Below, one piece after another: positions 30,024-38,030 of a stretch of DNA of 64,000 nucleotides. The notes under the pieces are model-generated. The model saw nothing but the letters and a program-made list of their open reading frames with translations. It was not told where the DNA came from and ran no database searches. This DNA is from an uncultured Eubacteriales bacterium. Its GTDB lineage: Bacteria; Bacillota; Clostridia; Oscillospirales; Acutalibacteraceae. Within the stretch, counting starts at the first letter, position 1; each line of letters starts with the position of its first letter. The translations under genes were made by a program, and so were the position numbers. The DNA lies in NCBI GenBank assembly GCA_948527295.1, contig CAOSWK010000002.1:72416-136415 (forward strand), given 5' to 3'.

Positions 30024-31211
30024 ATGGAAAGTCTTGCGATTCTTTACGACAGCGAGGTGATTAACAATCTGCTGCCGATATTTGCCTTTCACCCCAAAAA
30101 TGTGGTGATTCTTTACGACTACAAATACACTAGCGTTAAGCATCTTGAGTACATAAAAAATGTCTGTATGTCGCGCTTTCCGAGCATTATTTTTGAATAT
30201 AAGGGCTACAACGGGCTTGACATCGAGCATATCTCCAAAACTTGCGTCTCTGTTATTCACAAAAATCCCTCCTGCTTTTTCGACATCACCGGCGCTGGCG
30301 AGTTTGGCGCGATTGGGGCTTATCAGGCCTGCAGAAAAACTTTTACACCAATTTTTAAGCTGGACGTTTTGGGCGAGCGGCTCATAAATGTTTTTGGATG
30401 CAAGTCGCTCGAGAAAAATTTTGTGATGCCAAAACTCAATATAGAAAATATTTTCGCCCTGCACGGTGCGCAAATCACCGGTTATAATCACGCTAGCCCC
30501 GCTTGTGACAATTTTGATCGGATACTAAAATTTTGCGCGGCGGTTTTTGACGATATCGAACTCTGGAAAAAGACTTGCCTCTACTTGCAAAGCGGCAATA
30601 CCAACTTTTCGCAAGGGTACAATAATCTGTTTTTTAAGGCGCCCAAACAGATCTCTAAAGGCAAATTGGAGGTCTCTTTAAACCGATTCAAGCTGCTTAA
30701 AGTGGCGCAGGAGCTAAATCTTATTTACAAGCTTGACACGAGTTCTTCTGAGATTTCTTTTTTCTATCACGACAAAAAGATTAAGTCATATCTGTCGGAC
30801 TTTGGCATCTGGCTGGAGCTTTTTTGTTACATCAACCTAAAGCGCGAGCGGCTGTTTCACGACGTGCGCATGAGCGTGAAGTTTGAGTGGAATAACAACA
30901 AAAATAAGCTTATGGAGATCGTCAACGAAATCGATCTGACCTTCTTCTACGGCATTCACCCATATTTTATCTCCTGCAAGCTCTCAGAGCCCTCGGCCGA
31001 CGCCCTGCGTGAGCTTAGCATGTATCCCTCCTATTTTGGCGGCAATAACTCTAAAAGCGCACTCGTTTTCGTCAGCAAAGTCAACAAGCAGCGCTCGTAT
31101 ACCTACACCCGCGCACACGATATGGGCATCTGTGTCATCGACGGTGACATGATTAAAAGCGGAAAATTTATTAGCGAGATAAAAAAATCTCTCAACATAA
31201 AAAAGCAATAA
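30024..31211 (+). CDS. Card1/Can2-like (DUF1887-type) protein: CARF-like N-terminal domain fused to a PD-(D/E)xK-like nuclease domain
   Basis: N-terminal Rossmann-like half (LAILYDSEVINNLLPIF..NVVILYD; FFDITGAGEF resembling the CARF DxTGGTK loop). C-terminal restriction-endonuclease-like pattern (WLELFCY ... NEIDLTFFY ... YFISCKLS). Strong SD GGAGGTGA 6 nt before ATG 30024. Confidence 0.6.
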   Translation: MESLAILYDSEVINNLLPIFAFHPKNVVILYDYKYTSVKHLEYIKNVCMSRFPSIIFEYKGYNGLDIEHISKTCVSVIHKNPSCFFDITGAGEFGAIGAYQACRKTFTPIFKLDVLGERLINVFGCKSLEKNFVMPKLNIENIFALHGAQITGYNHASPACDNFDRILKFCAAVFDDIELWKKTCLYLQSGNTNFSQGYNNLFFKAPKQISKGKLEVSLNRFKLLKVAQELNLIYKLDTSSSEISFFYHDKKIKSYLSDFGIWLELFCYINLKRERLFHDVRMSVKFEWNNNKNKLMEIVNEIDLTFFYGIHPYFISCKLSEPSADALRELSMYPSYFGGNNSKSALVFVSKVNKQRSYTYTRAHDMGICVIDGDMIKSGKFISEIKKSLNIKKQ

Positions 31212-31212
31212 A

Positions 31213-31259
31213 AGAAGCCACTCTCACACCTAAAGTGCACAGTGACTTCTTCTTTTTTT
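31213..31259. terminator. Bidirectional rho-independent terminator between convergent genes
   Basis: AGAAGCCACT (31213-31222) / AGTGACTTCT (31241-31250) stem with one mismatch. T-runs follow on both strands. Confidence 0.6.
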
Positions 31260-31271
31260 ACAGTTATGTTT

Positions 31272-31724
31272 TTATTTTTCTTTGCTTTTATTATCTTTTT
31301 TCTTGCCCGAACTTAGGCCACTATCATCATCGCCATCTTCCTCTAGTTCTGAGAAATCAGCGCTTTCTGTACCTTTAGTCGTAGAAATAACCTCAATTTC
31401 AATCGGCTCATCCCTTGTTATGAGCTCCTCAAATTCCGATAAATTAACTTCATTCTTTACTTCTTCTAATTTATCCTTCAAGCGGCGAATCTCTTTTTTA
31501 GCGCAATCTATAGAGTCACAAACCTTCTGCATATCGCGATTTGGAACATCACGCAGCTCATTATAATAATGCTTTCCCAGTGTGATATATGATTTTACCA
31601 CACTGTTGGCTTCTTTTTTTATCTGTTTTTTTAGCGACGTAACTTTGCTAAATTTTTTATTTTTTTCCACCACAAAATCGATTGCCTCGTTAAAAGTTTC
31701 TCCTAAATTTCTAAGAAAGTCCAT
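31272..31724 (-). CDS. Coiled-coil protein with an acidic C-terminal tail, unknown function
   Basis: ATG 31724 (MDFLRNLGETF) lies 7 nt after GGAGGA. Helical/coiled-coil N-terminal ~110 aa, then a D/E/S-rich tail. Confidence 0.5.
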   Translation of the reverse strand: MDFLRNLGETFNEAIDFVVEKNKKFSKVTSLKKQIKKEANSVVKSYITLGKHYYNELRDVPNRDMQKVCDSIDCAKKEIRRLKDKLEEVKNEVNLSEFEELITRDEPIEIEVISTTKGTESADFSELEEDGDDDSGLSSGKKKDNKSKEK

Positions 31725-31787
31725 AAGCGCATCCTCCAAAAAACTACTTAATACTTAAAATTATAATAAAACAAAAGCCCAGAAAAC

Positions 31788-32237
31788 TCAATACATATTT
31801 TTACTTTTCCTGCTCTGTTTTTTTAGCAACACCACGCCATAAAGCAAAATTATCAATGTTAAAATTAGTATACTCCAAAAAAACGCAATTAATATAATTC
31901 TTAAAAAAACGTCTCTAAAAAAGAGTTCTGTCTGACTTTTCAAAGCAGATTTAGCAACTTGTTGGCTCATGCTCATTCGGACAAGGTCCATAGCAATATT
32001 AAAAGAGTCCAAAAGCCCCTTGCAAAGCGGGACAGATAATGCACTGCACAAAACTAAAATCGATGACAAAATAAATATGTTTCGGTGCCTTTGCTGCGAC
32101 AAAACGATGTTTTTATAAACAAATCCCTTTAAAGAAAGTAGTTTCGTGTTACTTTTAATGTTACTAAGCTTTTTGCCGCAATTATAGCAAAAATTCACAC
32201 CATCCATATTTTCTGTGTTACAATTTTTGCAGTGCAT
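31788..32237 (-). CDS. Zinc-ribbon domain membrane protein
   Basis: N-terminal CxxC-x13-CxxC (MHCKNCNTENMDGVNFCYNCGKKL) followed by hydrophobic helices. GGAGGAAGATT precedes the ATG. Confidence 0.55.
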   Translation of the reverse strand: MHCKNCNTENMDGVNFCYNCGKKLSNIKSNTKLLSLKGFVYKNIVLSQQRHRNIFILSSILVLCSALSVPLCKGLLDSFNIAMDLVRMSMSQQVAKSALKSQTELFFRDVFLRIILIAFFWSILILTLIILLYGVVLLKKQSRKSKNMY

Positions 32238-32336
32238 AATCTTCCTCCGCTACTTTACTAACAACATGTCTTCGACCGCCATATAATTATGATAAACTTT
32301 TACAATTCTAAAATCAACCATAATTTTTAAACGGCA

Positions 32337-33602
32337 TTATTTCTTTATAAACGCAGACAGTATACTACCTCTCGGGTCACACTTCACGACTATTTTATCT
32401 TCAAATTTCTTTTCTCTACCTTTGCTTGTTAAATATTTTAAATTTACTTCTCCATATGCCCCACCGTATGTTCTGGTTTCGTTACCTGTTCTCGACGACG
32501 CATCTGCTTCTCCTTGCGGCACCATGCTATGCGTACCCAAGCATTTTACTTCGTGAGTCTTTATATTATATCTAAAAGTTGCATGCATTATTACATACGC
32601 AACTATATTGCCGTCATTATCTTTATATACTATGTCTAGGTATCTTCTAACATACCTATACAAGTCGGTTGCGTCATTTTCTAAGTCTCTAACTTGTTCT
32701 ATGTTAGTATCCTGAACCTCTCTAACCAAGTTATGTCTTACCTGCTCAGTTCTTAATCCTAAATCCGTAAACTTTAAGCCGTCTCTATCCAGGTCTTCTT
32801 TTGGACCTCTTGTGATATTTCTGAAAACAATTTCTCCGTTTGCATAGCATATAATATCTGCATGAAATTCATCCGTACGCACTCTTATTCTTTTATCATT
32901 TAAGTGAGAAAAAAGTGTTACTATACATTGCCCCGGAGCCATATAGATTCCCTCATTTGCCGATATTTTCCAATCGTTGTTATATATATGAGCTTTTTCT
33001 TTCATCAAGTTGTTATCTTCAACCCATGCATTTTCACCATCATACACAAAATAGAACGCAAGAAAAAGTCCGCACAAATGCTCACCAGTCTCTTCAAAGT
33101 AAAAGTCTGTCCTTGCCTCTACTTTTCTACGAAAAACTTCTTGTCCGTCCTCATTAAAGCCATTTGAAATAGGCTCACTAATGCTTGTGTCACACACACA
33201 TTTTATTCCGTCTTCGGTTAAAAAGTCCTTCTTATGAATTACTTCCCAACCGTTTTTGGCATTTTGTTTTGAAACTTTACTCTGTTTATTTTCTTCTAAC
33301 GTGTCTACTACTAGCATTTTTATCAAGTCCGCTGTGTCCGGTTCCGAGTCTGGCACATCTGGAGTAATAATAATATTTTCATCATCGTCTGACGCAAAAT
33401 TTTTCGAGTGAACCATTGGTCCTAACTTGCTTGTATCTAAACGGTCTGTTGCCAATCTTACTATATCCAATGTATCAGGTTCCGGCTCTAGCACACCGTC
33501 GTTTAAAAAATCATGTGCAAATGCCGTTTCTGTGCCAATTGCTGGTCCGGTTAAAAAAAGTGAAAGTGCCATAAAACAAGATAGTATCCTTTTAATATTC
33601 AT
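32337..33602 (-). CDS. Secreted protein of unknown function (421 aa)
   Basis: Signal peptide ending AIGTETAFA. Two N-terminal EPDTxD[IL][VI][RK][LM] repeats. I recognise no catalytic motif. Lies 37 nt downstream of the PLC gene. Confidence 0.5.
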   Translation of the reverse strand: MNIKRILSCFMALSLFLTGPAIGTETAFAHDFLNDGVLEPEPDTLDIVRLATDRLDTSKLGPMVHSKNFASDDDENIIITPDVPDSEPDTADLIKMLVVDTLEENKQSKVSKQNAKNGWEVIHKKDFLTEDGIKCVCDTSISEPISNGFNEDGQEVFRRKVEARTDFYFEETGEHLCGLFLAFYFVYDGENAWVEDNNLMKEKAHIYNNDWKISANEGIYMAPGQCIVTLFSHLNDKRIRVRTDEFHADIICYANGEIVFRNITRGPKEDLDRDGLKFTDLGLRTEQVRHNLVREVQDTNIEQVRDLENDATDLYRYVRRYLDIVYKDNDGNIVAYVIMHATFRYNIKTHEVKCLGTHSMVPQGEADASSRTGNETRTYGGAYGEVNLKYLTSKGREKKFEDKIVVKCDPRGSILSAFIKK

Positions 33603-33639
33603 AAAATTCCCCTTCTTCCTCTTTTTCTCTAACCATTTA

Positions 33640-34410
33640 TTACACTCTGTATGTAATCGCTATCAAATAAAATTTATAAAGAAGGCCTGCAATCGCCTTT
33701 TGTGCATTCTTAATAGAATTTTCTGCCACTTGCTCTTTCGATAAGAAACCTTCATGTAAAGCATAAAGGTTGTCGTCCGCTAAAAGCGCAGAACAGACTG
33801 CTACTGTCTCTAAGCTATTAACTTCATAATAACGAAACTCTCTTCTTTGCATCGAGGGTCTTACTCTGTCTTGCACACTCTTGCAAGTATTTTCAAAACT
33901 TACATGGAAGAAGAAGTTAAATCCAGTATCCAGTAAAGTTTGGTTATTCGTATGTACCGGGGTATTAAGATCTCCTAAAAAGTGCAAAGCTCTACCAAGC
34001 TCTTCCATGGCTCTTCTCCGATATGCTCTGGCTTTTTCCAAATTTCCATTGGCCATTGCTTGATAATATAATTTCATGTAATGTAATGCACGGTTAAAAT
34101 GATCAACAAATCTTGTTAATGCAGAATCATTCTCACCCATAAAGTTTAGTCCTGTTACAGGGTTATAAAAATGATATTTATATGCTCCATAAGTCTCATC
34201 CTCGTCTGGCTTTACGCAATAAACCAAAATTATCTCTATATCCTCTTCTGTAAAAAAATCTATACCAAAAATATCCAAAAGAATGTCAAGTCCCCTCTGT
34301 GTAACATATACATGAGTTGGACCGTCAAAAGCCGAACAAGGGCTACCTGCTACACCAAAAATTAACATCATACTCAAAAAAAATGAAAATACCTTTTTTA
34401 AACATCTCAT
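33640..34410 (-). CDS. Secreted zinc-dependent phospholipase C (PF00882-type, catalytic domain only)
   Basis: Signal peptide. Zinc-ligand pattern as in the Bacillus cereus PC-PLC / C. perfringens alpha-toxin N-domain: PTHVYV, YKYHFYNP, HFLGDLNTPVH, FHVSFEN. Confidence 0.75.
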   Translation of the reverse strand: MRCLKKVFSFFLSMMLIFGVAGSPCSAFDGPTHVYVTQRGLDILLDIFGIDFFTEEDIEIILVYCVKPDEDETYGAYKYHFYNPVTGLNFMGENDSALTRFVDHFNRALHYMKLYYQAMANGNLEKARAYRRRAMEELGRALHFLGDLNTPVHTNNQTLLDTGFNFFFHVSFENTCKSVQDRVRPSMQRREFRYYEVNSLETVAVCSALLADDNLYALHEGFLSKEQVAENSIKNAQKAIAGLLYKFYLIAITYRV

Positions 34411-34551
34411 ATAAAATCATCCCTTTCCTTACGCTGCCTTCAGTTCAAATCATTCCACCTCAAGAAAAACACCTCCTTTCAATTTCCATTTTTATGTAAT
34501 TTTGTAAAAATAAACAAAATATATAATATAAAAATTAACTTTTAGGGCTAT

Positions 34552-34580
34552 ATTATATCATTTTATTTATTTTTTGTCAA
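34552..34580 (-). promoter_or_regulatory. Consensus SigA-type promoter for the PLC cluster
   Basis: On the minus strand: TTGACA (34580-34575), 17-nt spacer, TATAAT (34557-34552), within a ~200-nt AT-rich region. Confidence 0.55.
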
Positions 34581-34717
34581 TAATTTAGTAAATTTTATGT
34601 AATTATATTTTAAATTTGTATAATATTTGGGGAGCGCACTAGCCTTTTCACCATACAGCCACAAAGATCTAAAAATTTGCCTTATCAAAAAAACGTTTCA
34701 GTTGGGAATTTTAGGCA

Positions 34718-34764
34718 TAAAAAATCCCCTTCCGCTTGAATCATCATCAAACAAAAAGGGAATC
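34718..34764 (-). terminator. Putative terminator after the aminopeptidase gene
   Basis: Minus strand: ATTCCCTT ... AAGGGGAT stem (one G-U pair, long loop) followed by TTTTTT. Confidence 0.4.
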
Positions 34765-34820
34765 TTATTATAATCAAATTTAATGTTAAAATTTATCTGC
34801 GCTCAACGGGCCCTGTCATC

Positions 34821-36260
34821 TCACTCAATATCCGTGTCAAAAAACGAGGTAATCGCCCTGTACGCCATAAACACGTCTATCTTCGAGACAACCTCAAACG
34901 GCGCGTGCATAGAAAGCACCGGAACGCCCAAATCGACCACGTCCACGCCCAAATTTGCAATGTACTTGGCGATAGTCCCGCCGCCACCAACGTCTACCTT
35001 ACCGAGCTCGCCTGTCTGCCACAGGATTTTATTCTTTTCTAGAAAATTGCGCACATATCCCATAAACTCCGCCGAAGCATCCGAAGTTCCAAACTTGCCG
35101 CCGCTACCAGTGTACTTCGTAATGACGACGCCATTGTTGACGTAGCAGCTGTTGGCAGGGTCATACACCGCGCTATAGGCCGGGTCAAACGCCGCATTAA
35201 CGTCTGCCGAAAGGCACTGCGACTTCATCAAAACATGCTTGTAGTCAACCTTTTCCATCTTGGCAAGGTCCGCAACAAAGTACATAAAAAACGCCGACTT
35301 CATCCCGGTGTTACCATCGCTGCCGGTTTCTTCTTTGTCCGCCAAGACCGTCATTACAGTGTTTTGGGGCACTCCTTTATAGTCCAACACCGCCATTAAC
35401 GAAGGATACGCACAAACTCGGTCATCATGCCCATACGCGCCCACCATGCTGCGGTCCAAACCGACGTCTTTAGCCTTAAACGCCGGCACCATCTCAAGTT
35501 CAGCCGACAAAAAGTCCGACTCCACCACGCCATATTTATCATTAAGGATTTTCATTATGTTCAGCTTTACCAGTTCGGCGCCTTTTTCGGCTTTAAAAGG
35601 TCTGCTGCCCACCAAGATATTCAAATTTTCTGCATCAATGGCCTTGTGTAAGGGTTTTGCGACTTGTTCCTTAGCCAAATGCGGCAATAAATCTGTAACG
35701 CAGAAAACCGGATCATCCTTATCTTCGCCAATCTTTACGTCAACCGAGGTTCCGTCTTTCTTCACAATCTTTCCATGCAGCGCAAGTGGCATCGCCGTCC
35801 ACTGATATTTTTTGATGCCCCCATAATAGTGAGTCTTGAGCATCGCCAAATCGCTTGCTTCGTACAGCGGGTTGGGCTTTATATCTAATCTTGGCGAGTC
35901 AATATGCGCAACGGCAATTTGCGCGCCATTTTTTACGCCCTCTTTGCCGATTATCGCGACTATCACTGACTTTTTCTTGTTAACATAATAAATCTTGTCA
36001 CCAGATTTATAGTCTTTGCCAGCTTCAAATTTGCTAAAGCCCGCCTTTTTCGCCATCTTAACCGCATAACTAGTCGCCTCGCGCTCTGTCTTCGCGTTGT
36101 CCAAAAAAGCCTTATAGCCTTCGCAAAAGTCATCAGCTGCCTTTATCTGCGCACCAGTCAGCCTTGATGCTCCATTTTTTTTCTCCATAAACAAGCTCTC
36201 TTTCAGCTTCTCGGCCTCTGTCTTCGGCTCTATTTTCGACTTACTCTCGCTGCTAAGCAT
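34821..36260 (-). CDS. M18-family aminopeptidase
   Basis: AHIDSPRLDIKPNP, YGHDDRVC, ADKEETGS, SMHAPFE motifs. Start set to ATG 36260 (MLSSESK) after GAGAGGA. Confidence 0.85.
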   Translation of the reverse strand: MLSSESKSKIEPKTEAEKLKESLFMEKKNGASRLTGAQIKAADDFCEGYKAFLDNAKTEREATSYAVKMAKKAGFSKFEAGKDYKSGDKIYYVNKKKSVIVAIIGKEGVKNGAQIAVAHIDSPRLDIKPNPLYEASDLAMLKTHYYGGIKKYQWTAMPLALHGKIVKKDGTSVDVKIGEDKDDPVFCVTDLLPHLAKEQVAKPLHKAIDAENLNILVGSRPFKAEKGAELVKLNIMKILNDKYGVVESDFLSAELEMVPAFKAKDVGLDRSMVGAYGHDDRVCAYPSLMAVLDYKGVPQNTVMTVLADKEETGSDGNTGMKSAFFMYFVADLAKMEKVDYKHVLMKSQCLSADVNAAFDPAYSAVYDPANSCYVNNGVVITKYTGSGGKFGTSDASAEFMGYVRNFLEKNKILWQTGELGKVDVGGGGTIAKYIANLGVDVVDLGVPVLSMHAPFEVVSKIDVFMAYRAITSFFDTDIE

Positions 36261-36279
36261 AAAAACCATCCTCTCAAAT

Positions 36280-36840
36280 TTAGTTAAAATACAAATTTTT
36301 GTACATTCTGCGGCTCTCCAGCACATTTTCAACGTATATAGATGTATCTGGAAACGGGATTTTCTTCAAAGTCTTGCCATCGGCAGAGTATCGCTCGTCC
36401 CGAAGCCATTTGTCCACCGTGCCGATGCCCGCGTTGTAGGCGCAAACCACCTCTACAATAGTATTATACCTCTTTTTCAGGATCGATAAAAGGTAGGCCC
36501 CATATTTGATGTTTGTTTGCGGGTCCTTAAGATTTCCAACGTCCAAAAGCGTCACCAATTTGTGAGTCTGCAGCCATTCAAAAGTCTCTGGCATAATCTG
36601 CATTAACCCGATGGCGCCAGCTTTGGACTCTGCATCCTGCCGAAAATTGCTCTCTGACTTAATTATAGCTAAAATCAGCTCTTTTTCAACGTTAAATCTC
36701 TCGGAATTCTCGCTAACATAGTCGTAATATCGCACAGGGTACGCCTTTTTCAAAAAAAATATATATCCACAATAGAGCGCAAAAAAGGCAAACACAACCG
36801 CCAAAGCGCACTCCAACAAGTTTTTGCATTTAAAATTCAT
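36280..36840 (-). CDS. Lytic transglycosylase (SLT domain), membrane-anchored
   Basis: N-terminal TM helix. SLT catalytic motif IKSESNF ... AGAIGLMQI ... YNAG. Confidence 0.85.
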   Translation of the reverse strand: MNFKCKNLLECALAVVFAFFALYCGYIFFLKKAYPVRYYDYVSENSERFNVEKELILAIIKSESNFRQDAESKAGAIGLMQIMPETFEWLQTHKLVTLLDVGNLKDPQTNIKYGAYLLSILKKRYNTIVEVVCAYNAGIGTVDKWLRDERYSADGKTLKKIPFPDTSIYVENVLESRRMYKNLYFN

Positions 36841-36988
36841 TATTCCCGGTTCCCTCAATATCTCTGCTCTCCGTCTGGCCTCTATAAATCTAAGTTTTGG
36901 CCAAATACCTTATAATTATAGCCGATTAAACCTTCTGTGTCTACAAATTAATGCCGCCACCGCTCAATGCAAAGCTGCATATATCCTG

Positions 36989-37867
36989 CTATTTTTCAAT
37001 TTTATTTTTGAAAAAAGACTCGCTAGAAGTATTTGGCGGGCGCAAAATTCGGTAAAGGCCATACAGGCCCTCTGGCGTTTTGGTGAGCTTATTTATCTTG
37101 CCCTCGCAGCTCAAAGTCGCCTTAAATCCCATCTGGTACAAAATATCCAAAGAGCACTTACTTACCGCACCAAACGGAAACACAAAAGTCGTCGGCGTCG
37201 TGCCCAAAAAATCGGCAACTCTGTTCTGCATCAAGTCGATATCGCTACAGAGGGCATTTTGATAATGCTCAAAGCTCTCACTCCGATTCTTCTTGGTTCC
37301 GCGGCGCTTTCTTGTAATCGTGTGCATGTTATAAGAATGATTCTGGATCTCAACCAAGCCCGAATCCTGCATCTCCCTCAGCTCATCCCACGAACAATGC
37401 GCATAATTTGGGTTTTTGTCCTTGTTCTCGCTGTAAACATCGGCCTGCTTGCCAATCGGAGACAGCACCATCTTGCACTCATACTTCTTCAAAAGAGGAA
37501 ACGCATACAAATAATTGTTATAATACCCGTCGTCAAATGTCAGCATTATCGGCTTTTCTGGCAAATCCTTGTTTTCATAGACGTAGTCGATCAAATCCTG
37601 CATAACTATCGTAGTGTAGCCATTCTCTTTTATATACTTTAAGTCGCCCTCGAACACATCCGGAGTTATAACAAATTTGCCCTTCGATCGGTTCGTCTTT
37701 AGTATCGAATGATACATGAGTATTGGCAGCCTCACGCTGTCTGCCGACTCCGAAACAGACGAGAAAATCATGTTCGTGCCGTAGCTCAAAGGCAGCCATA
37801 CCAAGATAAATGCGACTACCACTAGGAGGACAAGTACTGGCTTTTTTATTTTAAAGTTCACATACAT
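36989..37867 (-). CDS. Polysaccharide deacetylase (NodB homology domain)
   Basis: N-terminal TM helix, LTFDDGY motif, downstream His motifs (HSYNMH). ATG 37867 after GAGAAGGGCGG. Confidence 0.85.
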   Translation of the reverse strand: MYVNFKIKKPVLVLLVVVAFILVWLPLSYGTNMIFSSVSESADSVRLPILMYHSILKTNRSKGKFVITPDVFEGDLKYIKENGYTTIVMQDLIDYVYENKDLPEKPIMLTFDDGYYNNYLYAFPLLKKYECKMVLSPIGKQADVYSENKDKNPNYAHCSWDELREMQDSGLVEIQNHSYNMHTITRKRRGTKKNRSESFEHYQNALCSDIDLMQNRVADFLGTTPTTFVFPFGAVSKCSLDILYQMGFKATLSCEGKINKLTKTPEGLYGLYRILRPPNTSSESFFKNKIEK

Positions 37868-38030
37868 ACGCAAAAATCCGCCCTTCTCACTGTTCACGCG
37901 CGCAAGCATTACGTTTAAGAGCAATCATTTTTGTAATCTATATGAAAAAACTTCGCAAATAATGAACAATCGCCCAACAAATGTGCAAAGCGTATGCTGA
38001 ACTTTGGCATGTATAAGCCATCCAGGTGGT

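Noticed and set aside
34783-35145. 120-aa plus-strand ORF plus a possible plus-strand promoter (extended -10 TGTATAAT at 34617-34624) pointing into the aminopeptidase gene. This could be an antisense or small RNA.
   Set aside because: The ORF is a shadow of the aminopeptidase gene. The promoter-like element lacks a convincing -35 box and sits in AT-rich DNA, where such matches occur by chance. I see no terminator or conserved structure.
36824-37642. 272-aa plus-strand ORF opposite the polysaccharide deacetylase. Similar long antisense ORFs occur at 7900-8712, 8984-9646, 12100-12645, 44504-45124, 46828-47448, 58725-59297 and 62296-63225.
   Set aside because: I checked the phase for 36824 (versus the deacetylase) and 8984 (versus rlmN). 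Both sit in the same codon-aligned shadow frame as the well-supported minus-strand genes. The translations are arginine- and leucine-rich with no recognisable motifs, no SDs, and complete overlap with genes that have strong family signatures.
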